Source: Nitrospinales bacterium
Lineage (GTDB): Bacteria > Nitrospinota > Nitrospinia > Nitrospinales > VA-1
Direction: 5' to 3'
NCBI GenBank assembly: GCA_965223795.1
Contig: CBDCXL010000001.1
Span: 416,001-480,000, forward strand
DNA: 64,000 nucleotides
Both the position numbers and the translations under genes were made by a program. A model generated the notes under the pieces. It was not told where the DNA came from, did not search any database, and saw nothing but the letters and a program-made list of their open reading frames with translations. This document shows positions 31,923 to 42,655 of this stretch, piece after piece. Position 1 is the stretch's first letter, and each line of letters begins with the position of its first letter.

Positions 31923-32828
31923 ATGAACAACCCGCATCGTTTGGCTGACGGCTCCCGGCGGCGGTCAGCCGCAACGCCCGGCTGCCGGAACTGGATGATT
32001 CCTTTGTTGAAAGCACGCTTGCTACAGACCCTCGTCTTCATTCTGCTGAGCGCACCCGCAACCGGGGCCAGCGGCGGGATCGCGTTCGATTCCACCCAGT
32101 CCAAGCTGCGCGAAGGGGTCCGGGAGTACTCCGGGCAGGCTTTCGACAAGGCGGAACAGAAATTCCTCGAAGCCCAGGGCGGCCGGCCCGACGATCCGGG
32201 CATCGCCTACAACCTCGGCAACAGCTACTACAGGCAGGGAAAGTACAAAGACGCCCTGCAGGAATACATTCAGGCGGCCTCCGGCAACTCCGGCCGCCCG
32301 CTGAAGCAGAAATCGCTGTACAACACGGGCAACACGCTGTTCCGGATGGGCAAGCTGGAGGAGTCCGCCCTGGCCTTTAAAAAGGCGCTGGAACTCGATC
32401 CTTCGGACATGGACGCCAAATACAACCTGGAGTTCGTGCGCGAACAGATGCAGAAACAGAAAAATTCCGGCAACGCGCCCAATCAGGATGAGGGTGAAGG
32501 AAAAGGCGACGGCGATCCCACGGACAACGACGGAACGAACCCCGATCCGGGCGGCGATCCCGGTGATTCCGGCGCACCGCCGGGTTCTCCCAGACCCGGA
32601 GAGCAAGGCCCCTCCGGGCAGGCACAGAAACCACCGGCTCCAACGCCGGATTCCACTCCGGCCGGGGAGAAACCGCAGCAGACCGCGCAGGCCGAATCGA
32701 ACGGCGAACTGACGGAACAGCAGGCCGAACGGTGGCTGGGCTCCCTGGATGAGAATCTCAAGCGATTTCAGAAACGCAAGTCCGAGCTGCGCGCCGGCGG
32801 AACCGCACAGCCGGAAAAGGACTGGTGA
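31923..32828 (+). CDS. batC: BatC-like TPR protein
   Basis: YNLGNSYYRQG, YNTGNTLF, ALELDPSDMDAKYNLE, low-complexity linker, C-terminal EKDW. Start may be 31995. Confidence 0.85.
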   Translation: MNNPHRLADGSRRRSAATPGCRNWMIPLLKARLLQTLVFILLSAPATGASGGIAFDSTQSKLREGVREYSGQAFDKAEQKFLEAQGGRPDDPGIAYNLGNSYYRQGKYKDALQEYIQAASGNSGRPLKQKSLYNTGNTLFRMGKLEESALAFKKALELDPSDMDAKYNLEFVREQMQKQKNSGNAPNQDEGEGKGDGDPTDNDGTNPDPGGDPGDSGAPPGSPRPGEQGPSGQAQKPPAPTPDSTPAGEKPQQTAQAESNGELTEQQAERWLGSLDENLKRFQKRKSELRAGGTAQPEKDW

Positions 32829-32832
32829 CCGC

Positions 32833-34665
32833 ATGCGGGCGCGTTGTTCAAAGGCATCCAAAATATTGCAGCGATTCCGGCTCGCGGCTTTGGCGTGCTG
32901 CCTTTTCGTGACCGCGGCGTTCGCGTCCACGGCGCGGGCGGACGGCATTGCGCTGACCGCCACGGTGGACAAAACCGAATTGACGTTGGAGGACAGCCTG
33001 CAGCTTTCCCTGACGCTGGAAGGCGTGCGCAACGCGCCGCCGCCGACGCTGCCGGAGCTGCCTGAGTTCCGTATCCGCTCGCGCGGCACCGCCTCCTCGA
33101 CGCGGATCATCAACGGCGAGACGCGCGTGGCGTTCACCTACAACTACCTGCTCGCGCCCACGAAATCCGGCTCTTTCGAGATCGGCCCTTCCAGCGTGGA
33201 GGTGCAGGGGAAAACCTACCGTTCCCAGCCGATCCGCGTGAACGTGGCGAAAGCGCCGCGCAACCCGGCCGCCGCCAGCACGCTGGCGTACATCAAAACG
33301 AAGGTCTCCAATAAAAACCCGTATGTGAACGAGCAAATCATCTACACGTTCCAGCTGTTCCGCAAGGTGGAAGCGAAGAACCTCGATCTGAAACTTTCTT
33401 ACGACGACAGCCAGTTCCGCAAGGAGGACATGGGCGACGCCCGCATCTACACGCGCGTGATCAACGGCGTCCGGCACCATGTGCACGAACTGTCGGTGGC
33501 GCTGTTTCCCATTCATGCGGGCCGCATGACCATCCCCGGAGCCGAGATAGAGCTCGATCTGATGAACCGCAGCGGCCGTGCGTCGCGCCAGGATCCGTTT
33601 TCCCTGTTCTTCGACGATCCGTTCAACCGCTCGCGCTCGCAGGCGATCCACAAGATTCTGCGCTCGGACGCCGTCCATCTGGACGTCAAGCCGCTGCCCC
33701 AAAAAGGCAAACCGGCCGATTTCACGGGACTGGTGGGGCAGTTCGACATCAGCTCGACGCTGAGTTCGACGCAGCTCGAAGTGGGCGACAGCACGACCTG
33801 GACGGTGACCGTGACCGGCCCTGCCAGCGTGAAGGATTTTTCCCTGCCCGCGCCGGACGTGGGGGACGCGTTTAAAATTTATCCCGACCAGCCCAAAACC
33901 AAAACGGGCATGCTGGGCAACAGCCTGGCGGGCGAAAAGACGTTCAAGTTTGCGCTGGTGCCGCTGAAGCCGGGTCCCGTCAGCCTGCCGCCCGCGTCGC
34001 TTTCCTGGTTCGACCCGAAAAAGAAGCGCTACCGCACGGAAATGACGGAGCCGATTTCGATCACCGTCGTGCCGCCTTCGGGCGAGGACACGCTCAAGGT
34101 CACCAAGCCCGAGCTGCCCGCCGGGGGCAAGGGCAAAAAGGAGGTGGAGATCCTGGGCGAGGACCTGTTTCCGATCCACACCCGTGACGGCGATTTCGTA
34201 AACCAGCGGTTCACGCGCACGGACGGTGCGGTGGCCGCCGCCGGGCTGGCGTTTCCGGTGCTGGTGTTTTTCGTAGTTTCGGGCTACATCCGCCACCGGC
34301 AGCGGCTCAAGCACGATGTCGCGTTCTCGCGCAGGCAGAGAGCGTTTCAATCGGCGGCGGCGCTGCTGCAGCAGCTCAGCAAGCGGTCGCCGCGGCCGGA
34401 GCCCAAGGAATTCGCGCGCGAACTGTCGCACATCGTGCGCGAGTATCTCGGCGACGTGCTCAACCTGCGCGGCCAGGCCATCACGTCCCGCGAGGTGCAG
34501 ACGAAACTGTGCGCCATGAATTTCACGGAACAGCAGGCGGACGCCGCCAAGCGGCTGCTGGAAAAACTGGATTCCCTGCAATACGCGCCCGCCGCTTCGG
34601 GCGGCGGCCAGGATCTTTTGCGCCAGTCGTGGGAACTGATCAAGAACCTGGAGAAATCCGAATGA
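32833..34665 (+). CDS. batD: BatD family protein
   Basis: ATVDKTEL, IING, NPYVNEQ, FTGLVGQF, WFDP; C-terminal TM helix. Confidence 0.88.
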   Translation: MRARCSKASKILQRFRLAALACCLFVTAAFASTARADGIALTATVDKTELTLEDSLQLSLTLEGVRNAPPPTLPELPEFRIRSRGTASSTRIINGETRVAFTYNYLLAPTKSGSFEIGPSSVEVQGKTYRSQPIRVNVAKAPRNPAAASTLAYIKTKVSNKNPYVNEQIIYTFQLFRKVEAKNLDLKLSYDDSQFRKEDMGDARIYTRVINGVRHHVHELSVALFPIHAGRMTIPGAEIELDLMNRSGRASRQDPFSLFFDDPFNRSRSQAIHKILRSDAVHLDVKPLPQKGKPADFTGLVGQFDISSTLSSTQLEVGDSTTWTVTVTGPASVKDFSLPAPDVGDAFKIYPDQPKTKTGMLGNSLAGEKTFKFALVPLKPGPVSLPPASLSWFDPKKKRYRTEMTEPISITVVPPSGEDTLKVTKPELPAGGKGKKEVEILGEDLFPIHTRDGDFVNQRFTRTDGAVAAAGLAFPVLVFFVVSGYIRHRQRLKHDVAFSRRQRAFQSAAALLQQLSKRSPRPEPKEFARELSHIVREYLGDVLNLRGQAITSREVQTKLCAMNFTEQQADAAKRLLEKLDSLQYAPAASGGGQDLLRQSWELIKNLEKSE

Positions 34666-35408
34666 AGCGCATGGGACTGCTGACCGGGCTGATCCTGTTA
34701 TTGTGCTTTGCGGCGCAGGTCCCGGCCGATCAGCAGGCGGACGGGATCTTCAAGGCCAACCAGCTGTATCTGCAAAAGGACTACGAAAGCGCCGCCGAAC
34801 GCTACGAAGCGCTCATCGCAGGCGGCCTGCACAACGGCTACCTGTACTACAACCTGGGCAACGCCTACGCGCGGCTCGGCAAAACCGGGCCTGCCGTCCT
34901 CAACTACATCAAGGCCAAGGAGCTGCTGCCGCGCAACGAATCGCTGGACGCCAACCTGAAATACATCCAGCGCCAGACGCTCGATCCGGTGACGCCCCCC
35001 TCGCCCGGCCTGCTCAGGACGGTGTTTTTCTGGGCCGACGCCTTCAGCCTGAACGAGCACATGAACATCCTCCTCGCCGCCAATGGCCTGTTCTGGATGG
35101 TGCTGCTCGGCTGGTTCCGCTACCGCAACGGGGCCTGGGACCTGGCGCGCAAAACGGCGCTGGCCGTGCTTGTGGCCGTCCTGTGCGCCGGGGCCATCCG
35201 CTATTATCTCAATCCTTTCGAAGACGCCGGCGTCGTCCTGGCCGAACGCGTCGAGGTCAAATCCGCTTCGGGAAAAGACAATGTGACCTTGTTTCAGCTG
35301 CACGAGGGAGCGATAATAACCTTAACCGAAGAAAAAAACGGTTGGGTGCGCATCGTTCTGACTCCCGACAAAACGGGCTGGGTGCCCAGGGAGTCCATCG
35401 GCACCTGA
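34662..35408 (+). CDS. batE: BatE-like TPR + SH3b protein
   Basis: LYYNLGNAY..G.AVLNY, two TM helices, LFQLHEG..GWV. Confidence 0.88.
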   Translation: MKRMGLLTGLILLLCFAAQVPADQQADGIFKANQLYLQKDYESAAERYEALIAGGLHNGYLYYNLGNAYARLGKTGPAVLNYIKAKELLPRNESLDANLKYIQRQTLDPVTPPSPGLLRTVFFWADAFSLNEHMNILLAANGLFWMVLLGWFRYRNGAWDLARKTALAVLVAVLCAGAIRYYLNPFEDAGVVLAERVEVKSASGKDNVTLFQLHEGAIITLTEEKNGWVRIVLTPDKTGWVPRESIGT

Positions 35409-35440
35409 CGGGTCTCTTTCCAAAAGCGGAGCGACAGGCC

Positions 35441-37663
35441 ATGAAAGCAAAACTTCCCCGCACTCCAGGCGGCTGGGGCGCGTTACTCTATTCCTTCAAA
35501 CAATCGCGGCGCGCGGGCGGCGTGTGGCCGATGTTGCGCGCGCTGATGAGCAAAAACAGCTGCAAGAGCTGCGCGCTCGGCATGGGAGGCCAGTCCGGCG
35601 GCATGCGCAACGAGCGCGGCCATTTTCCGGAAGTGTGCAACAAGTCGATCGCCGCGCAGGCGTCAGACATGCAGGGCATCCTGCCGGTCAATTTCTTCCA
35701 GGAACACGACGTACAAACGCTGAGCGGATGGACGCCGCACGCGCTGGAGACGAGCGGCCGCCTGGTGCAGCCGGTGATCTGCGAAGCGGGCGACACCCAC
35801 TACCGGCCGGTGTCCTGGCAGGAGGCGCTGGAACGGACGGCGGAACAGCTGCGCGGCACCACGGCGGAGCGGACGTTTTTTTACGCCAGCGGGCGCTCTT
35901 CCAACGAGGCGGGCTTTCTTCTGCAGCTGTTCGCACGGCTTTACGGCACCAACAACGTCAACAACTGTTCCTACTACTGCCATCAGGCTTCCGGCGTCGG
36001 CCTCACGCAGAGCCTGGGGACGGGAACGGCGACGCTGAAGCTGGACGACCTGGACGCGGCGGACCTGATCTTCCTGATCGGCGCCAACCCGCCGTCGAAC
36101 CACCCCCGCTTCATGCGCACGCTCATGGAAACGCGGCGCCGCGGCGGCAAGGTGATCGTCATCAATCCGGCGCGCGAGCGCGGGCTGGAACATTTCAGCG
36201 TGCCTTCCGACGTGCGCAGCCTGCTGTTCGGCTCGGACATCGCCAGCACCTTTCTGCAGCCGCACATCGGCGGCGACATCCCGCTGCTCAAGGGCATCGC
36301 CAAGGCGCTGTTCGAGATGGCGGAAATCGAGCCGGGCATTCTGGCCACCGATTTCATTTTGCGGCACACGGACGGCTACGCCGCGTTCAGGCAGGACCTG
36401 GACGGCTGCAAGTGGCAGGAACTGGTGGAGGCGTCCGGCATTTCCCACGACGCAATCAAAGACGTGGCGCGCCAGTACGCCGGCGCGAAGAACGCGGTGT
36501 TCGCCTGGGCGATGGGCGTCACGCATCACGCGCACGGGGTGGAGAACGTCGAGTCGATCGTCAACCTGTCGCTGCTGCGCGGCATGGTGGGGCGCAAGGA
36601 CGCCGGGCTTTTGCCGCTGCGCGGGCACAGCAACGTGCAGGGCATCGGCTCGGTGGGCGTGACGCCCAAGCTCAAGCAGGCGGTGTTCGAGAACCTCGAA
36701 TCGCTGTACGGCATCGAGCTGCCCACCGGCAAGGGACTCGACACGCTGAGCTGCATGGAAGCGGCGAAAGAGGGCCGGTTCGATTTCGCCTGGAACCTGG
36801 GCGGCAATCTGTACGGCTCCAACCCGGACTCGGCGTTCGCGAAAGCGGCGCTGGAGAACATCGATTTCATTCTATATATGAATACGACGCTGAACCAGGG
36901 GCACTTCAACGGCCGCGGCAAGACCACGCTCATCCTGCCGGTGCTGGCGCGCGACGAAGAACCGGAGCCGACGACGCAGGAGAGCATGTTCAATTTCGTG
37001 CGCCTGAGCGAAGGCGGCGAACCGCGTTACCTGGGACCGAGAAGCGAAGTGGGCGTGATCGCGGAGGTCGCCGGAAAGGTGCTGGACCCCGAGCCGATCG
37101 ACTGGAGCGAACTCCGCCGGACGGGTAACGTGCGGCAGATGATCGGCAAGGTGCTTCCCGGATTCGACAAGATCACGGACATCGACAAAACGGGCGAGGA
37201 ATTCCACATCGCCGGCCGCACCCTGCACGCGCCGAAGTTTCCCACACCCGACGGCAGAGCCCGGTTCACGGTGTGCGCGGTGCCCAATCTGGCTCATGGC
37301 GAGCCGCAGGGCAACGGCAACCGCTTCCGCCTGATGACCGTGCGGTCCGAAGGCCAGTTCAACACGGTGGTGTACGACCTCGACGACAAGTACCGCGGCA
37401 TCCCGACGCGCAACGCGGTGCTGATGAACCCCGAGGACATGCAGGCTCGCGGCATGAACGAAGGCGAGACGGTGCGCGTGCAGAGCGACACGGGGTCACT
37501 TGCGGGACTCACGCTGTTTCCCTTCCCCATTAAGGCGGGCAACATCATGATGTATTATCCGGAAGCCAACGTGCTGGTGCCGCGTTCGCACGACAGGCAG
37601 TCGCGCACTCCCTCTTTCAAATCCATCAACGTGGTGGTGGAGCGGGAAGAAGCCGCCGGGTGA
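35441..37663 (+). CDS. FdhF/YdeP family molybdopterin oxidoreductase
   Basis: CKSCALG, YASGRSSNEA, NNCSYYCHQASG, PLRGHSNVQG, TVRSEGQFNT, YYPEANVL. Confidence 0.92.
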   Translation: MKAKLPRTPGGWGALLYSFKQSRRAGGVWPMLRALMSKNSCKSCALGMGGQSGGMRNERGHFPEVCNKSIAAQASDMQGILPVNFFQEHDVQTLSGWTPHALETSGRLVQPVICEAGDTHYRPVSWQEALERTAEQLRGTTAERTFFYASGRSSNEAGFLLQLFARLYGTNNVNNCSYYCHQASGVGLTQSLGTGTATLKLDDLDAADLIFLIGANPPSNHPRFMRTLMETRRRGGKVIVINPARERGLEHFSVPSDVRSLLFGSDIASTFLQPHIGGDIPLLKGIAKALFEMAEIEPGILATDFILRHTDGYAAFRQDLDGCKWQELVEASGISHDAIKDVARQYAGAKNAVFAWAMGVTHHAHGVENVESIVNLSLLRGMVGRKDAGLLPLRGHSNVQGIGSVGVTPKLKQAVFENLESLYGIELPTGKGLDTLSCMEAAKEGRFDFAWNLGGNLYGSNPDSAFAKAALENIDFILYMNTTLNQGHFNGRGKTTLILPVLARDEEPEPTTQESMFNFVRLSEGGEPRYLGPRSEVGVIAEVAGKVLDPEPIDWSELRRTGNVRQMIGKVLPGFDKITDIDKTGEEFHIAGRTLHAPKFPTPDGRARFTVCAVPNLAHGEPQGNGNRFRLMTVRSEGQFNTVVYDLDDKYRGIPTRNAVLMNPEDMQARGMNEGETVRVQSDTGSLAGLTLFPFPIKAGNIMMYYPEANVLVPRSHDRQSRTPSFKSINVVVEREEAAG

Positions 37664-37718
37664 GTTTCGGGAGCCACTCGCAACCCGGAGCCATACTACT
37701 GAAAGCAAGGAGAAAAGC

Positions 37719-38138
37719 ATGCCCCCCGTCCGCCCGAAGGGATTTTTTTGCGTTCTCACCACCGGCAGGCTGACGGAGTGCCGGGATTTTTACACGCGCT
37801 GTTTCGGCTTTGACGTCGCGTTCGAAGCCGACTGGTACATCCATCTCACCGCTGAAAACGGAATGCAGCTGGGATTCCTGCTGCCCGGCCACCCGTCCCA
37901 GCCTGAGTTTTTGCACAAATCCTACCCCGGCGAGGGCGTGATCTATACCTTCGAGGTCGAGGATGTCGAGCGGGAATTCGAAAAGCTCAATAACGGCAAC
38001 GTCCCCATTCTGTTTCCCGTGAGAACCGAAGACTGGGGGCAGAAACATTTCATGATCCGGGACCCGGCGGGAATGGTGGTCGATGTGGTGCAGGCGGTGG
38101 CGCCCACCGATGAATACAAGGAAAACTACACAGGGTGA
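37719..38138 (+). CDS. VOC/glyoxalase family protein
   Basis: FYTRCFGF, FEVEDV, EDWGQKHFMIRDPAG. Confidence 0.88.
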   Translation: MPPVRPKGFFCVLTTGRLTECRDFYTRCFGFDVAFEADWYIHLTAENGMQLGFLLPGHPSQPEFLHKSYPGEGVIYTFEVEDVEREFEKLNNGNVPILFPVRTEDWGQKHFMIRDPAGMVVDVVQAVAPTDEYKENYTG

Positions 38139-38218
38139 GGAACCGTCGTTGAGCGTAAAAAAGGCTCATTCAGGTCAATTTGAAGTATAAATATTAAATC
38201 GGTATCTTCAATACTGAC

Positions 38219-38788
38219 TCACAACCCGCCATTTCTACTGGAAGGTTTGAGCTCGCGGCTGAGGGTGCGGCGTTTCTGCTGCATGCTGATGTCGTGGCTC
38301 AGCAGCAGATGGTTGAGCATCTGCCGCCGCGACAGCGAAACGTTGTGCGTGGTGCCTTCATGCTGCACGACCAGCGTTTCTTTCTCTTCCTCTTTTTCCA
38401 CAGGGGTTTCCAGGATCTCCCGGGTCCAGTTCAACAGGAAGCGGCGGTCCCAGGGCTTGAGGAAGTAGTAGTCCGCTCCGCATTCCAGCCCCTCGATCAG
38501 CGTTTTCATCTCCCAGGTGGCGGAAAGCAGGACGACGCAGCTTTCTTTTAAAACGGGGTTGGTCTTGATGGACCGGCACAGCGAGAATCCGTCCATCCAG
38601 GGCATCTCGATGTCGCTGAAGATGAGGCGCGGCTTGTGGTCCTGCGCCAGCTTGAGGGCCTCGACGCCGTTGACGGCGGTCTGGACAGGGTAGTTTTTCT
38701 TGGCGAGGGTGTGCCGGAGCAGGTTTCTCTGCTCGGGACAATCATCGACCACCAGAATCGGGGTCTCGGTGCTGCTGGACAATGGCAT
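38219..38788 (-). CDS. Response regulator receiver protein with no output domain
   Basis: ILVVDD, SDIEMPWMDG, GADYYFLKP. Confidence 0.85.
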   Translation of the reverse strand: MPLSSSTETPILVVDDCPEQRNLLRHTLAKKNYPVQTAVNGVEALKLAQDHKPRLIFSDIEMPWMDGFSLCRSIKTNPVLKESCVVLLSATWEMKTLIEGLECGADYYFLKPWDRRFLLNWTREILETPVEKEEEKETLVVQHEGTTHNVSLSRRQMLNHLLLSHDISMQQKRRTLSRELKPSSRNGGL

Positions 38789-38944
38789 TGCTTTCAACCG
38801 GTTTGATCCCGGCCGGGGTTGCCGGGAGACTGTATTCTAAACGGAACGCGCATTCCGTATTGGGATCTTAAAGGGTGCTTGAAAAAGGGTTCCTTCCGGG
38901 GCCCATCCGTTTCAGCCCGCCCCGGCAATGGTGGCCCGCCCGGA

Positions 38945-39370
38945 TCATTGATCCGGATCGGCTCCCACCAGGAATCCTTCGAGGTGCGCTTTTTTGCTGG
39001 CGTCCCCTTTGCGGTAAACGCGGATCACTTTTTCCATCAGCTCGCGCAATTTGCGGTCCTGCAGAAGGTGCACAAACTCTTTCTGGAAAACGGACTTTTC
39101 GACATTTTCGGACTCGGCGCGGATCATCGGGCCGCGGCCGGTCAGGAGCCAGTAAATATTGATGTTGGAGTACAGACAGAGGTTGGCGAGCGTGGTGGCA
39201 GAGGGAAGAGACTTGTCATTTTCCAGATCCGAAAGAGAACCCTGGGATACCCGAATCTTTTTGGACAGTTCCACCAGCTTTAAAAGAGAATACTTGCGCC
39301 AGGCTTTCAGGCGCTTGCCCACCGTCATGATGGTGATGGTTTCTTGTGATCCGTTGTTGTCAGTCGTCAT
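38945..39370 (-). CDS. XRE-family HTH transcriptional regulator
   Basis: VGKRLKAWR..ELS..VSQGSLSDLEN..PS..INIYWLLTGRGPM. Confidence 0.88.
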   Translation of the reverse strand: MTTDNNGSQETITIMTVGKRLKAWRKYSLLKLVELSKKIRVSQGSLSDLENDKSLPSATTLANLCLYSNINIYWLLTGRGPMIRAESENVEKSVFQKEFVHLLQDRKLRELMEKVIRVYRKGDASKKAHLEGFLVGADPDQ

Positions 39371-39774
39371 AACTTCCCTCTTCAGAAGGTGCGGGTAATA
39401 ATATGAGGCCGCGACCACTCGACCCCAATACAGTTAATTTCTCCTAAATTTGCCAATTTTTGAACTATTCTTTTTACGGAATGGGCAAATTTATTTATCG
39501 CTTCAGGAGAGTACAAAGCATAGGGGGGACGTATGACGAAACCGTTAAGCGTAAGTCACAGTCTTGTAACAATATAAGGGATTTATGCCGATCGGGCGCG
39601 GCCGCAGCGGGGCCGGGGATTGTTTCAATTCGGGCAAAAAAGATGAAAAATCGCGGATAATTCAGGGATACAAACGGGGCTTTGGAATCGGCAGGGTGAA
39701 AAAAGGGCGGTTTTGCGGTTCCGCCCCTCCGCGGATGCCTGGGCGGTCCGCGGGGGATTGTTCCAGCGCAGGCG

Positions 39775-40458
39775 CTATTTGTCCTGAAAACGGTAGCCCA
39801 CGCCGCGGACGGTTTCGATGTATTCGCCCGCGTCTTTGAGCTTGGAACGCAGTCTCTGGATGTGCGTGTCGATGGTGCGGGAAAACACGCCGTCGCCGTA
39901 TTCCCAGATCTGCTCCAGCAGCACGTCGCGGGGTTTGATCTTGCCGGGGGATTCGATCAAACGGGCGAGCAGTTTGAATTCCGTGAGGGTCAGCTCGACC
40001 TCTTTGTTCTTCACCTTGACGGCGTGGTTGGCGAGGTTCACCGAAAGGCAGCCGTACTTGAAATGCTCCTTGGGCTCGGGCGTCGCGTACACGCGCTTGA
40101 GCACGCTTTTGATGCGCAGGATCACTTCCCGGGTGTTGAAGGGTTTGGTGATGTAGTCGTCGGCGCCGAATTCCAGTCCCAGCACGCGGTCGATTTCCTC
40201 GTCCCTCGCGGTCAGCATGATGACGGGCACGTGGGCGGTGCGCGGGTCCATGCGGATTTCCTTGCACACGTCCATGCCGCTCATGTCGGGCAGGTTGACG
40301 TCCAGCACCACGAGATCGGGCGTCTTCGCGCGGATCCATTTGACGGCGGACTCGCCGTCGGACGCGGTCTGGATCTTGAACCCGTCCTTGCCCAGCTTGA
40401 GCTCCAGCGCCGCTGTCAGATCCTTGTCGTCATCGACCAGTAAAATATTGTTTTTCAT
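39775..40458 (-). CDS. OmpR/PhoB-family response regulator (orphan)
   Basis: LLVDDD, LDVNLPDMSG, MLTAR, GADDYITKPF, LTLTEF, RTIDTHIQRLR, TVRGVGY. Confidence 0.93.
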   Translation of the reverse strand: MKNNILLVDDDKDLTAALELKLGKDGFKIQTASDGESAVKWIRAKTPDLVVLDVNLPDMSGMDVCKEIRMDPRTAHVPVIMLTARDEEIDRVLGLEFGADDYITKPFNTREVILRIKSVLKRVYATPEPKEHFKYGCLSVNLANHAVKVKNKEVELTLTEFKLLARLIESPGKIKPRDVLLEQIWEYGDGVFSRTIDTHIQRLRSKLKDAGEYIETVRGVGYRFQDK

Positions 40459-40629
40459 GTCTGCTTCCTTCAAAGTGGGACTCATGCCGCCGGCCCGGCG
40501 GATTCATTTCGAAACGCTGCGCATTCCCGGCCGCTGCCGGTGAACACGATGCTGCTTTGTGACTGTGGCGTCTTCACGAACGCCTTTTATTTTTCTCGCC
40601 TGAAACGGGTTCTTTTTTTTCCGCACTGT

Positions 40630-41286
40630 TCACGACCGCACGATGTTTTCCTTGTGGAAAAAGTCCAGGCAGTCGTTCACGATCCAGTCGACCTGATCCA
40701 GCAATTGGTGATCCGAATCCAACTCTTCAAGCTGGCACCAGGGATGTTCTTTCACAAACGTGCGCGATTCCGAAATGTCCACCGTATCGTCATGAATTCC
40801 ATGCACGATGCGCACGGGAATTTTTTTGCTGAACGCCAAAGTTTCCCAACGCTCCGCGTCCCGGAAAATATCCGTCTTTAGATGGATATATTTATTGTAC
40901 CGATAATGAAAGACCTGGATCAAGTCCGGAATCTGATTTTCTCCTTTAAATTCAGCCCGAAGCCGCTCCTTCCAGCGGCCGAGGAAGTTGAATCCCGGCG
41001 CCATCAGGTAGAGCGCCGCCACATCCTGACGCCGCTGGGCGATCAGGGAAGCCAGAAATCCGCCCATGCTGCTGCCGATGAGGGCGAACCGCCCTGCCCC
41101 CGATTCGTTCATGCAGCGCTCGGCGATCTCGATCTGGCTGGTCAGCGTCATGCATTGAAAATCCCCGCCTTGCAGGTCGGGAATCCGGAGCTTCAACGAG
41201 CGCTCCGCGAAAGCCTGCTTGAACACCTGGGCTTTGCTGGAACCGGGCCCCGACGCAAATCCATGCAGATAGACAAATTCCGTCAC
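40630..41286 (-). CDS. YqiA/YcfP-family alpha/beta hydrolase
   Basis: YLHGFAS..SSKA, GSSMGG, HGIHDDTV. Confidence 0.9.
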   Translation of the reverse strand: MTEFVYLHGFASGPGSSKAQVFKQAFAERSLKLRIPDLQGGDFQCMTLTSQIEIAERCMNESGAGRFALIGSSMGGFLASLIAQRRQDVAALYLMAPGFNFLGRWKERLRAEFKGENQIPDLIQVFHYRYNKYIHLKTDIFRDAERWETLAFSKKIPVRIVHGIHDDTVDISESRTFVKEHPWCQLEELDSDHQLLDQVDWIVNDCLDFFHKENIVRS

Positions 41287-41347
41287 GTTTTTTCAGCCTG
41301 TTTTGACCCAATTCCCGGCGCGGGCGCCGGATTTCCGTCCAAATCCG

Positions 41348-42655
41348 TCAATTTTTCGTCAGAACCTGGTTGGCCCTTTCTTCCAGTTTGAGCACCTTCG
41401 GGCGCATCCATTTGAGCAGCGCCAGTCCCGGCAGCGCCAGCAGAAAGGTGATGAAGAAATACGGCATCCAGCCTGGCAGCCCCATCTGGTTCACCAGATT
41501 CTGCGCCAGAATCCCCGAAGGCGGCCCCGCATAAACCCGGCCCAGCGCCGATAGCGAGGACAGCAGGGCGTACTGGGTGGCGGTGAACCGGTGGTCGCAC
41601 AGCGCCATCAGAAACGCCACGAAGGCCACCGTTCCCATGCCGCCGGCCAGATTCTCCAGCGTGACGGCGACGACCATGACGGTGTAGCTCTTTCCGGCGT
41701 AGGCGAGCCCCATGAACGACAGGTTGGAGACCGCCTGCAGAATTCCGAATATCATCAGCGACCGGTACAGGCCCCAGCGGGTCACGAGGACGCCGCCCCA
41801 GAGGGTGCCGGCGATGGTCGCCGCGAACACGATCACTTTGTAGATCGCGCCGACTTCCACCAGGGTGAAGCCCAGCCCTTCGATTTTCGGGCCGCCCAGC
41901 AAAAACGACATGGTGAACAGGCCGGCGGTGGCGTCGCCCAGCTTGTACAGCACGATCAATATCAGAATGCCCCAGGCGCCCGGCCTGGAGAAAAATTCCT
42001 TTAATGGTCCGACCACCGCTTCCTTGAGCGTCGCCGGTGGCGCCACTTTTTCTTCCGGCTCCGGTCCCGTGATGGAAGCGAGGATGCCGAAGCCCATCAC
42101 CGCGGCCATGCAGATGAAGGTCGGCCGCCAGCCCATGTAGTCGGCGAGGATCAGCGCCAGCGCACCGGAAACCAGCATGGCCATCCGGTAGCCGGTCACG
42201 TAGACCGCCGCTCCCGGTCCGCGTTCTCTGTCGGGCAGCACGTCGGTGCGGTACGCGTCGACGACGATGTCCTGCGACGCGGAACAGAACGCCAAAACCA
42301 GCGCAAGACCGGCGATGATCCAGGGCATCTCCACGGGGGAAGAGGTGCTCATCCCCAGGATGCTCAGAACGATGCCGATCTGAAACAGCAGAATCCAGCC
42401 CCGCCTTCTGCCGAGAAACGGCGGGACGAACCGGTCCAGCAGCGGCGCCCACAGAAACTTGTAGGAATACGGCTGCGCCACCAGGGCGAAAAACCCGATG
42501 GTCTTCAGATCCACCCCTTCCACGGTCATCCAGGCCTGCAGGGTGTTTCCCGTCAACGCCAGGGGCAGGCCCGAGGCAAATCCCAACAGCAGGACCGTCC
42601 CTATGCGGATATTCGCCAGGGACTTGAGGGTGGAAAGGACCGGTTCTTTGTTCAC
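41348..42655 (-). CDS. ampG: AmpG-like muropeptide MFS transporter
   Basis: LGFASGLP, YKFLWAPLLDR..LGRRRGW, SASQDIVVDAYR, YKLGD, FTATQYALLSS. Confidence 0.92.
   Translation of the reverse strand: MNKEPVLSTLKSLANIRIGTVLLLGFASGLPLALTGNTLQAWMTVEGVDLKTIGFFALVAQPYSYKFLWAPLLDRFVPPFLGRRRGWILLFQIGIVLSILGMSTSSPVEMPWIIAGLALVLAFCSASQDIVVDAYRTDVLPDRERGPGAAVYVTGYRMAMLVSGALALILADYMGWRPTFICMAAVMGFGILASITGPEPEEKVAPPATLKEAVVGPLKEFFSRPGAWGILILIVLYKLGDATAGLFTMSFLLGGPKIEGLGFTLVEVGAIYKVIVFAATIAGTLWGGVLVTRWGLYRSLMIFGILQAVSNLSFMGLAYAGKSYTVMVVAVTLENLAGGMGTVAFVAFLMALCDHRFTATQYALLSSLSALGRVYAGPPSGILAQNLVNQMGLPGWMPYFFITFLLALPGLALLKWMRPKVLKLEERANQVLTKN

Noticed and set aside
26148..37663. Apparent long N-terminal extensions or fusions in the ORF track (batB, batE, ydeP-like; also trpB, trpC, trpD)
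   Set aside because: They are upstream open frames overlapping neighbouring genes; better starts with RBS or stop-start coupling exist
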